DNA from: Candidatus Latescibacterota bacterium
Lineage (GTDB): Bacteria; Latescibacterota; UBA2968; GCA-2709665
Assembly (NCBI GenBank): GCA_965248435.1
Contig: OZ252100.1
Location: 4,384,001 to 4,448,000, forward strand
Length of the DNA stretch: 64,000 nucleotides
Reading direction: 5' to 3'
Part shown: positions 49,885-59,000 of the stretch, piece by piece
How positions within the stretch are numbered: position 1 is the stretch's first letter
Layout of the letters: every line of letters begins with the position of its first letter
Notes under the pieces: generated by a model
The model's input: only the letters and a program-made list of their open reading frames with translations
What the model was told of the DNA's origin: nothing
The model's database searches: none
Position numbers and translations under genes: made by a program

Positions 49885-50660
49885 ATGGACTGGGTTTCGG
49901 TTGTACTTATCGTCGGTTTTGCCGCCTTCTGTTTTCAGATCTTCGCAGTGTTCAGGAAGCAGTCTGCTTTGCTTCAGCCCACGGTCGAGCAGCTGGAGAC
50001 CAGCAGAACGAACGTCGAGCGGCAGATCCAGGAATGTGAACAGGCGACTGAGGAGAGCCTGAGACGAATCGAAAGCCTGAAGAAGGAACTTGACACGCTC
50101 GATGAGCAGCGGCTGGGTCTTCAGGATCAGGTGAATCCAAGAGAAATGGTTCTGATCGAGGCTGGCGATTTCCTTATGGGGGACAATGAGAGCAGCCGCG
50201 ATGAGGAGCCAGAGCACAACGCCTTGCTCAACGCCTACTGGGTAGACCGTTACCCCGTAACCAACCAGGAATACAAGATGTTCGTTGATGTATCCGGGCA
50301 CCGCAAGCCGCCACACTGGACCAGCGGTACATATCAGCTCGAACACGCGCGGCATCCCGTCACGAATATCAGCTGGAACGACGCCATCGCATACGCAGAA
50401 TGGGTTGGAAAGCGGCTCCCATCGGAGGCGGAGCGGAAATGTACTGGAATGGTGTTCCGACTGGTACTTTGACGAGTACTACAAGACGAGCCCGGTTGAC
50501 AACCCAACCGGACCTCAAGGCGGACAGTACCGATCGGTAAGAGGCGGGTTCTACGCAGAAAACAAAATGGGCGTTCGCTGTTGCATCGCGGCATTTCGCC
50601 CCTCCCTCCACGATGCAGGATCACGTAGGCTTTCGATGCGCCAAGACGCCGACAGGATAG
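49885..50660 (+). pseudogene. TM + coiled coil + FGE-sulfatase (SUMF1-like) domain protein (paralog P3), interrupted as assembled
   Basis: FLMG, PVTN..Y, HPV, RLPSEAE; then GNVLEWC.DWY, RGG and VGFRC in shifted frames; deletion at ~50433 and extra base at ~50581. Confidence 0.8.
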
Positions 50661-50691
50661 TGTAATCTTATATGCGGCAGGGTATTGAAAC

Positions 50692-51114
50692 ATGAAGATT
50701 GGAAACAGACGCCTTTTCGTTATTGGCGATCGCGTATTGATCAAACAGGAAAACTTGGAGGAACGTACCGAAGTCGGACTGTACCTACCCCAGACCGTTA
50801 TTGAGAAGGAGGAAGTTCAGGGTGGCCGGGTTGTACTGACAGGTCCAGGGATTCCGATTCCCGAAAACCACGAAGATGACGAACCCTGGAAAAGTGTGAC
50901 CAAAGAACCCCGATACTTGCCGATGCAGGCTGAAGTAGATGACTATGCCCTTTTTCTGAAGAAGGTGGCGGTGGAGATTAAATTCGAGGGGGAGAAATAT
51001 CTAATCGTACCCCACAGTTCAATCCTGGTCCTAATCCGGGATGAAGAGAATATTTTGGGAGAAATTGAGGGGTTGGAAGACCTGAAAGACCTGGAAGACC
51101 TGGAGGGTATTTAA
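50692..51114 (+). CDS. Orphan GroES/Cpn10-family protein
   Basis: GDRVLIK, T..GLYLP, G.V..TGPG; roof-loop insertion; no adjacent groEL. Confidence 0.85.
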   Translation: MKIGNRRLFVIGDRVLIKQENLEERTEVGLYLPQTVIEKEEVQGGRVVLTGPGIPIPENHEDDEPWKSVTKEPRYLPMQAEVDDYALFLKKVAVEIKFEGEKYLIVPHSSILVLIRDEENILGEIEGLEDLKDLEDLEGI

Positions 51115-51176
51115 GTGTGGTCACCCGCTGGTGGGTTCGGTTCTACGACACTGCTTAAAGTTCGAGCCTGCTGAGT

Positions 51177-51398
51177 ATGCCATCATCTCAAAAGCTATTA
51201 GTACAAATCGCATTCAACCTTCTGCTGATCCTTCTGGCCCTCGTCGCCCTGATTTCGGTCTTGAAGGAAATCTTCTCCACCTCGGGGGATTTGGGACAGG
51301 CCCTCTTTCTCCTGATTGTCCTCGGAGTCCTGCTCTTCATCGGCATTGGCTTTCTCGTCAGGCTCGTTCGCAACGCCTTCAACAAAGAAAACTCCTAA
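51177..51398 (+). CDS. Small two-TM membrane protein
   Basis: Two hydrophobic segments in 73 aa. Confidence 0.65.
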   Translation: MPSSQKLLVQIAFNLLLILLALVALISVLKEIFSTSGDLGQALFLLIVLGVLLFIGIGFLVRLVRNAFNKENS

Positions 51399-51406
51399 CC
51401 TATCTT

Positions 51407-52462
51407 TTATTCTTCGGCAGACTCCTTTGCGCAGCGAAATCCCAGGTATGGCAGGGCTGTCTCCGGCTTGAGTCCACGGCGTTTGCTCATTTCCGTCAGG
51501 TCGAACATCCACGACCCTCCACGAACCACACGTTTATTTCCTTCCGCCGGTCCCGCCGGATTCCTGGAGGGCGAGACTTTATAGTAGTTTTTGTCATAGT
51601 AATCCAGACACCACTCCGAGACGTTTCCGGCCATTTCGTGCACTCCATAGGGACTCACGTCGGTCTGAAAACTTCCCGGTCCGAGGGCGTGGTTTTTCTT
51701 GGACTCGGAAGTATTGGAAAGTCCGGCCTCAGGTCTGTCTCCCCAGGGGTAGAGCCTACTTTGCCCGCCCCGGGCTGCCTTCTCCCATTCAGCCTCGGAA
51801 GGTAATCGTTTGTTCGCCCAGGTACAGTAGGAATCAGCGTCCTCAAACGTCACGCCTACCACCGGCTGGGCCTCATCGTTAAACCTTGGATCCTCCCAAT
51901 ATTTGGGTTTGGCGCGGTCGGTTTCGTTCAGGAACACTCTGTACTGGGCGTTGGTCACTTCATATTTATCAATCTGGAATTTATCCAGGTGGACTTTGTG
52001 AGCGACCCTTCTTTTGTCACGGCTGTCACCCATGAGGAAGGAACCCGCAGGCACGAGCACGATACCGGGCGTCACATTCGCCTTTGAAACCGCTTCTGTC
52101 TCACCGCGGCCCAGTAGGATCTCTTCTCCGTCAATCGTCTCGATGTTTATCTTGGCGATCTCGATCTGGCTCGGGCCAGTCTGGAGAAAGACAGAAGCGC
52201 TGCTTTCCCATACAAGCTTTCCTTCGATCTCTTTGCCGGATTTTAGAAGGACCTTTACCAGCTGATCCCTTGAAATGCTGTCTATCGAATCGCGTGAAAC
52301 CATTCTGCGACCCGAGGAAGTCTCGATCGTGACCTGGTCCCTGCCCTCATCCAGGATTCGACCTGATACCTTGGAGCCACCCTTAAGGACGATCTCGTCC
52401 GCGATGAGAAGCGCCGGGGCCAATAGAAGCAGTAAAAAAGCAGTTAGCAACCGCATAGGCAT
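51407..52462 (-). CDS. Secreted FGE-sulfatase-domain protein with two small N-terminal beta domains
   Basis: Signal peptide; two (I/V).LK.G..(V/I).G repeats; RLPSEAEWEKAARG, YPWG, GNVSEW, GFRC. Confidence 0.88.
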   Translation of the reverse strand: MPMRLLTAFLLLLLAPALLIADEIVLKGGSKVSGRILDEGRDQVTIETSSGRRMVSRDSIDSISRDQLVKVLLKSGKEIEGKLVWESSASVFLQTGPSQIEIAKINIETIDGEEILLGRGETEAVSKANVTPGIVLVPAGSFLMGDSRDKRRVAHKVHLDKFQIDKYEVTNAQYRVFLNETDRAKPKYWEDPRFNDEAQPVVGVTFEDADSYCTWANKRLPSEAEWEKAARGGQSRLYPWGDRPEAGLSNTSESKKNHALGPGSFQTDVSPYGVHEMAGNVSEWCLDYYDKNYYKVSPSRNPAGPAEGNKRVVRGGSWMFDLTEMSKRRGLKPETALPYLGFRCAKESAEE

Positions 52463-52571
52463 TTCCTCGAACTCAGGTTTGGGAATCGTATTGTCCACAG
52501 CTTCCAATTTTTGAAGGTACTGTTTCTTTCTTCGGCAGGCAATTCAAATGTGGATGTTCACAGGAAAAGGG

Positions 52572-52600
52572 TTGACTTTGAATCTGAATGCGCTTACTAT
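52572..52600 (+). promoter_or_regulatory. sigma70-like promoter
   Basis: TTGACT-N17-TACTAT. Confidence 0.55.
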
Positions 52601-52684
52601 AGGAATTGAAACAACCCCAAGTATTTTTGTGAGTTAGCGCAAAATCGACACTATTCAAAAATTCGAGATTCGGGGATTTTCACC

Positions 52685-52843
52685 GTGGCTGATTCCAGAC
52701 AAAATTCGCAGAATCCGACCGGCGCTGAGCTGCGAGAGCCCACTTTTCGAGAAAGATTGGAACTGATCCTCTTACTCGTTGTCGAGGTCTTGTGCCTGCT
52801 CCTTTTTATCGATTTCCTGTTTATCGGGTATTATGTCAAGTAG
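52685..52843 (+). CDS. 52-aa single-TM small protein
   Basis: MADSRQNSQNPTGAELREPTFRERLELILLLVVEVLCLLLFIDFLFIGYYVK; GTG start with GGGGA upstream. Confidence 0.5.
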   Translation: MADSRQNSQNPTGAELREPTFRERLELILLLVVEVLCLLLFIDFLFIGYYVK

Positions 52844-52939
52844 GTATCGAACGAGGCGACTCATCTTCTGGAATTTTCTGCCGATTGTAAATATTAGGGA
52901 ATCCCGTAGTTTGTATCCGACCTTACAGGAGGTGCCTCA

Positions 52940-53065
52940 ATGGCCTTGGACCTCTCCGTAAAGGAACAGCAGGCTCGCCGACGTGCAGAAAAAATGAAGA
53001 GTCTGTTGGCCTGTCTCCTGCGGTTTCGGATCTCGTCTGCACCCCGGCGCCCACCTTCCGGTTAA
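52940..53065 (+). CDS. 41-aa basic small protein
   Basis: AGGAGGT SD, ATG, terminator right after the stop. Confidence 0.55.
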   Translation: MALDLSVKEQQARRRAEKMKSLLACLLRFRISSAPRRPPSG

Positions 53066-53069
53066 ACAG

Positions 53070-53095
53070 AAAGGACCGTCCAACGGTCCTTTTCT
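53070..53095 (+). terminator. Intrinsic terminator
   Basis: AAAGGACCGT-CCA-ACGGTCCTTT. Confidence 0.75.
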
Positions 53096-53247
53096 CTATC
53101 CTTCCTGATTGCTTCCTGCGGCACTTCCGTTCAGATCCGTTGTCGGCTTCCTTATCGGTCAGGTCACCCGGCATCGAGTTGGATTGTTTAAAACCTGATC
53201 CCAAGGTATGTTGCGTTCGTCGAATGGCACAGTAAGCCTTAACCGGG

Positions 53248-53514
53248 ATGGCTCGTATGGATGCGCTTTTCCTATTGATCGCGCTCGTCGCTGTCCTCGT
53301 GTTCTTGAGCGCGAGACTTTATTCGATACGGCAGGAAGCGCCTGAAGAAGAAGATCCGTCCCAGAAACGGCTGGCGTCGGTAATCGACTCCGACTTGATA
53401 GATGTGCTTTCTGATCGGGCGAAGGAAGAGAGACGGTCTGTGGGAGAGGTCCTGAACGATCTCATTCGGGATTCTCTTCGAGATCGACGAGACTCGGGAT
53501 CGTCTCCTCCTTAA
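53248..53514 (+). CDS. TM-anchored protein with ribbon-helix-helix-like C-terminus
   Basis: Hydrophobic N-terminus; RLASVIDSDLIDVLSDRAKEERRSVGEVLNDLIRDSL. Confidence 0.65.
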   Translation: MARMDALFLLIALVAVLVFLSARLYSIRQEAPEEEDPSQKRLASVIDSDLIDVLSDRAKEERRSVGEVLNDLIRDSLRDRRDSGSSPP

Positions 53515-53993
53515 GCGCGAATGCCCCCATAATCTCGAGAGAGTGGGGGACGACCAGGCCTCCGGAGACGATCAACTGCAGATGGGTATTCCGCCAAAAC
53601 GACCCGCCGGGAGTCCTCTTCTTCTCCTGCGGAAACCAGGGTTTCGGTAAATTGTTTCACGGGACCATAAATGCTTCCGATGATCGGCAGGCGTGATAGC
53701 ATGCTGTTTCCTCTGCCGATGAGCCGTCGACCCAGTACGTTGCTGGCCAACAGCCCGGTCAGCCAGATCACGACCAGCGTGAGCGCGATCCCGAGGCCAG
53801 GGATATCCGTCTCTCTTTGAAATACCTGCTTGATGATGGGCTGGGCAAAGCCGTCGAGCCATTGAAAGACGAGTCTCAGAACGAGGAAGGTGACCACTAC
53901 CGGCACCAGGATGACTACGCCGGGCAGAATCTTGGTGCGAAAAAAGATCTGCATCCGGCTTCGTAGTCTGCTGAAGAACCCCTTCCGTTCCAT
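53462..53993 (-). pseudogene. DUF502 membrane protein with internal deletion as assembled
   Basis: G...LVP..VT, IPGLG, P.IGSIY..VKQ, VLAEYP; then LQLIVSGGLVVP in another frame from ~53581. Confidence 0.75.
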
Positions 53994-54137
53994 CTGGCTG
54001 AATTCCCTCACAACCTTCGGTTTTCGAGCGTGTTCCTGGAAATATAATTCCGCCCCCAGGCCGCGCTGTGATCCTCCTCACACATTTCAGGAGAGAGTTA
54101 AAAAGTATATTGTGTACAGGATGTAATGGCAAGGCCA

Positions 54138-55187
54138 TCAGTTGCGGACCTTCCGCAGTCGAAAGGTCCGGGCCATCAGGTCGACCTGTCTCAGATAGGG
54201 TTCTTTGCGTCTATTGGGAGAGAATACGCCAACGTCCACGAAGAAAAGGCGGTCCAGGTCAACGTCCACGAAGGCGTAGCTCCGGAAGGGGCCACCCTTC
54301 CAGGACACTTCGTTTTCCCATAGCCCGTTCAGCGAAAACGCCAGCTTGCCGGCGAAATCCGTCTGCGTTGTTTCAACCGATCCAGGGGCGATTCGATCTC
54401 CTTCAAAAAACCGACGGGTTACTGCATCCCGCTTTCGGATGCACCAATCTCCCGACAATTGATCGGGGTGCACCCCATCTTCCCAATAGACGAAGAGCCA
54501 TCGACTCGGGTCCTCTTTGGAGAGTAGGACAAAACCGCTGTCAGCGTTCGTGTCCTGGAGTTCGTAGCCAAAGGAAACCCGGACCTGCCACCCGTAGGAG
54601 TAGGCCAGTTGAGCTGTGAGGTCTTTCCGTTCTCCGTAGTGATAGATAAGACGCTTGACGCGCTCATTTCTGAGTCGCTCGACCGCTGAATAAAGGCGGT
54701 CTGCTTCCGTTCGGATACTCTCTACGAGGTCGGGAGGAGTTGCGCCTGTTACAAAGAGGAGGATCTGTTCCCTGGCCCACACGTCTTCTTTCCAGAAGAT
54801 CGCTGCATCGCCGGTCTGAACAGCTTCTTGGACGTCCTGACTGAGGAGGGTGCCTAAGAACTCTGAGGTAGGATGGGTTGCACCCAAAGGGGCTGCAACC
54901 AGGAGGTTCTTTCGCAGTTTGTGCTTCTGGGTCTCGAAATCTTCCAGCTTACCAAGTTGCAGCCTGAAAATCTTCTCTTCCTGTGGTGTCAGCAGGACCT
55001 TCTCGAAGGTTTCTCTGAGGGGTGTCTCAAGGACTTCCCAATCGGCCGGATCGACCAGGACAAGGATCTCCTGGTTCGGGCCGACCGATTCAGGTAGCCG
55101 CTGACAACCGCCTACGATTCCTTGACAACTCGATATAACCAGGAGAGCCAGGATCGGGACAGGCCAAACCCGAGATTCACGATTCAA
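54138..55187 (-). CDS. DUF4837-like lipoprotein
   Basis: Lipobox-like ISSC, TPQ.E..F, DVWA..Q, GLW, GGPF.SY, P...K. Confidence 0.78.
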   Translation of the reverse strand: MNRESRVWPVPILALLVISSCQGIVGGCQRLPESVGPNQEILVLVDPADWEVLETPLRETFEKVLLTPQEEKIFRLQLGKLEDFETQKHKLRKNLLVAAPLGATHPTSEFLGTLLSQDVQEAVQTGDAAIFWKEDVWAREQILLFVTGATPPDLVESIRTEADRLYSAVERLRNERVKRLIYHYGERKDLTAQLAYSYGWQVRVSFGYELQDTNADSGFVLLSKEDPSRWLFVYWEDGVHPDQLSGDWCIRKRDAVTRRFFEGDRIAPGSVETTQTDFAGKLAFSLNGLWENEVSWKGGPFRSYAFVDVDLDRLFFVDVGVFSPNRRKEPYLRQVDLMARTFRLRKVRN

Positions 55188-55196
55188 TGTAAAGCC

Positions 55197-55859
55197 CTAC
55201 TCTTCGAGCGCGTGATGGTAGATCATCGCAGCAAGCGCACTGCCGATGAGCGGACCGACCCAGTAGAGCCAGGTGTTCTCCATGCCGCCCCCCAGCAGGG
55301 CCGGACCCAGGTGTCTGGCAGGATTCATGGCTGCGCCCGTGATCGGTCCTCCGATCAGGATATCCAGGGTCACCGTCAGACCGATGAAGAGTCCGCCCAT
55401 ATTCGGGGCTCGACGGTCCATAGCGGTGCCGAAAACGACGAAGACGAGGAAGAAGGTCAGGATGATTTCCATGAGCAAACCCATCCCGAGCGTGACCCCG
55501 GTGCCCAACTCCGGCGTGCCCATATTGACCAGAAACATCGCACCGCTGGGCATGACCACTTTGACCAAGGCTGCGGCGACGATGCCGCCCAAACATTGGG
55601 CGATGATGTATCCGATTCCGTTGACAGCGTCTATTTTTCCAGTAATCAGGGCTCCGAAGGTGACGGCCGGGTTGATGTGACCTCCACTGATCGCCGCAGT
55701 CGCACTGACCATGACGGCAAGGGTAAGGCCGTGGGCAAGCGCGATGCTGATCAGACCGGGCCCTCCTTCCAGCATGTGATTTGTCGCGATTGCGCCGACA
55801 CCCACAAAGACGAGCGCAAAGGTGCCGATAAATTCCGCAAGCAATGCCTTTCCATTCAT
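55197..55859 (-). CDS. MIP-family aquaporin
   Basis: AEFIGTF, SGGHINPAVT, AMNPAR, YWVGP. Confidence 0.95.
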   Translation of the reverse strand: MNGKALLAEFIGTFALVFVGVGAIATNHMLEGGPGLISIALAHGLTLAVMVSATAAISGGHINPAVTFGALITGKIDAVNGIGYIIAQCLGGIVAAALVKVVMPSGAMFLVNMGTPELGTGVTLGMGLLMEIILTFFLVFVVFGTAMDRRAPNMGGLFIGLTVTLDILIGGPITGAAMNPARHLGPALLGGGMENTWLYWVGPLIGSALAAMIYHHALEE

Positions 55860-56053
55860 AGTCAGCCTCCCTGAAGAGAGAAACCACCTCTCAAACGATC
55901 TTCCGAGCGTCGTGCTACGGGCACAATTACACCAAACCTAAGCCAATCTCCGCGAAAAATCAAACGCTCGCTATTCCATCGAGGAGGGGAGTGTGATAGG
56001 GAAGGCGACAGGTGATTTCAATTGGAGGGGCATGGTGCGAGGGCTTGCGACTA

Positions 56054-59000
56054 TCAGCCGAGTTCGAAACGAGAACCGATATGGGGGTGTTTGGTGACCT
56101 GGATATGGACCGGGAAAGCCGTTTTTAGACTCTCGACGTGGGTCACCACGAGGATCTTTTCGAAGTCCTGGCTGATGGTTTGAATGGCCTCTATCAATTT
56201 GCTTAGACCTTCCTGGTCCTGCGTACCGAACCCTTCGTCGATGACGAGGGTACTGAGGCGTGTTCCTGCGCGCCTGGCAAGGAGCTTGGAGAGGGCGATG
56301 CGAACGGCAAAGTCGATCCTGAATGCCTCTCCCCCTGAGTAGAGTTCGTACGGCCGGACGCCCAGTTCGTCGCTGATCTGAATGTCCAGGGTCTCACTGG
56401 TACCGCCTGTTTTCAGGTCCCGAAGCGATTCAAGGGTGATCTGAGCGCCATTGTCGGAAAGACGAGCGAGGATGCGATTGGCCTCATCTTCGATTTCGGG
56501 AATGGCCTGATCGATGATCAGGGCCTGGATGCCGTCTTTGCCGAACGCGGCGGTGAGCCCCTTGTAGATTCGGCACTCTTTGGAGAGATGATTGAGGCGC
56601 TGCTGCTCGTCCCGAACGGATTCTTTCAATGCGAGGCACCGTTCATACTGGACCTGGTGCGTCACCTTTTCTTGCAAACGCAGGTCCCGCTCAACCCGCT
56701 TTTCCTGAATCGCGTCTTCGAGGCAGGGCACCTCCTTCTCAATCGTCTCTCGGGTAGAAATACTCTCCTGCAGCTCGGACATTAGCCGCGATATCGCTTC
56801 GCCGCGCTCGGCGAGTTTCCGGGCTCTGTTTTCCTGATCACACAGTCTGCTCTTGGCGGCTTCGGCCTCTCGCTCCGAGGCGAGCAGACGTTCTCGCCGT
56901 GCTGGGGCGTCCGCGAGGATTTTCAGTTCCCGGGTCACCCTGGCGTGCAGATCGGTGTCGTAGTTCAGGGCGTGGATTTCTTGTTCGACCGTTTTGTATT
57001 CCTTCTGCGCCTCAGGAGCATACGACATCTCATCCAATGCGGCGCGTACCTTAGCTGCCTCTTGCCTCAGACCGGGTAGAATCTGTTTGCCGCTAGTCCT
57101 TCGCTGCTCGGCTTCTAAAAGCACTGCCTGCCTGGCTTCAAAGGCTATAAGCGATTCGATTCTTCCTCTGAGGCACCGATGTGCTTCGGGGTCATAGTCC
57201 AGCGAATCGATCTTCTTCTTTACCTCTTTGACGCAGAGCGCCTGAGGTCCGGAGTCATTGGCTTCGCGAAGAAGGTGCTTCAGCTCCAAGATTTTCGGCT
57301 CCAGAGAGCTCATTTCTTCTACAGCCCTTTGAGCCTGCCGCAGGGCCGTGTCCGCTCGAGCCAATCCGGCCTCTGCGCCCTCGTGTTGGGCGAGTCCGAG
57401 ATCAACCTTTTCTTCATTACGCCTCAGTTCGCCCCGTTTCGCTTCCGCTACACTGACCTCGTGTGCAAGTTGCGCCAGGCCCGTCTTCATCTCATCGAGC
57501 TTGCCGTCGAGTTCGGCTCCGACCTCCGTGCGGTGTTGGTCGTCGAGACTCGATCCGCATAGAGGACACGGCTGGTCTCCGGCTTGCTCGAGGGCGGATC
57601 GTTGGGTCTCCGTCTTCCCGATGGCCCGAGACAGGTCATCCTGCCTTGCCCTGGCGACTTCCATATCGGACTCGAGGACGGTGTTGGCACTCCGGAGGCG
57701 GTCACGTCTTTCTTCCAATCGTCGACGCTCCTCCCGGTGTTGCCGGGCCTCTCTCTCCGCTTTCTCCAATTCTGGGATCTGGTCGGCGAGCTGTTTCAAA
57801 CGATCGTGCTGTCCGATTCGCGTATGAAGTGCAGCCTGCAGTTCGGCGCAAACCACTTCGAGGCGTCGCTCTCGGTCTCGCAGCTGTCTTTCCAGCGACT
57901 CCCGTTCCGCCCGGAGGGCGCTCAATTCTTTCTCTTTGAACCTCGCAGCCTCCAGCTCAGAAAGCCCTGATTGGACCTCCTCGCGGCACCTGAGGGCCTC
58001 ATCTGCCTCCGCGATTCCCCGCTCCGCCGACGATAAACGCAAATCCACTTCCGTGAGCCGACGTTCGAGCGCGTGGCGGCATTCCAGAATCCGCCGCTCC
58101 AGTTCGTTTTGTCGCTTTTCAAGTGCGTGCAGGTTGAAGCGCTTTTGCTGGAGTACCTCTTCCTCGACCCGCAGAGAGGTGTGACGTTCGCAGTCCTTGA
58201 GAATCTTTTCACGATCCTGCAGAACGCCACGACACACAGAAAGTTCTGTCCGGATCGCCTCTGACAGGGCTTCCGCTTCTATTTGATCCGCGTCGAGTCG
58301 GACTTTCTCTTTCTTCGATTCTATCCACTCCGCTTGTCGAAGATCGAGCCGGGCCTTTTCCCTAAGAAGCGTCTTGAGTTTCGCTTCAGAGTCCGCGAGT
58401 GCCGCTTCCAGGATTCGAATGCGTTCTGATGCGGCTTCCACGCCGTTTCGATGGTCCTCCAGGTTCGAAGTGGCCGATTCGATATCGCGTAACCGCAGGC
58501 GGATCGATTCAGCCGCCTGTTCGGCCTGCAAGGAATGCGTGCGGGCCAATCCATTCAGGTCGTCGTAACGCGACAAGGCGAGTATTTCGCCCAGGATGTG
58601 TTTCCGCTCTCGAGCGCTTCTGCGCGTGAATTCATCTGCGTGCCCCTGGATGATGAAGGCGGAGTTGATGAAGGTATCGTAGTTCATCCGCAGGAGGAGG
58701 TTCAGCCGCTGTTGGGTCTTTCGGACCGAGTTTTCCTCCGACAGTGCCTTAAATCTACGGGTCACCGGATCGAAGACCTGGAGATCCAGGCTGGATGCGG
58801 CGCTCCTCTTGCTGCGTCGATATGCCCGAGAGACGCGATAACGTACCCCCTCCAGGTCGAATTCGAAGGCGACCTGCATCTCGGTCGACCCGATGCGCAG
58901 GAGACCTGCATCCGGCTTGCGTTCTGTCCCGGCCTTTCTGGCCTCACTCCAGAGCGCCCAAGTGATTGCGTCCAGGATGGCTGACTTCCCGTGGCCGTTA

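Noticed and set aside
52772-52864. 30-aa minus-strand ORF MSRLVRYLLD...
   Set aside because: Antisense to the better-supported 52-aa TM ORF and lacks a clear SD.
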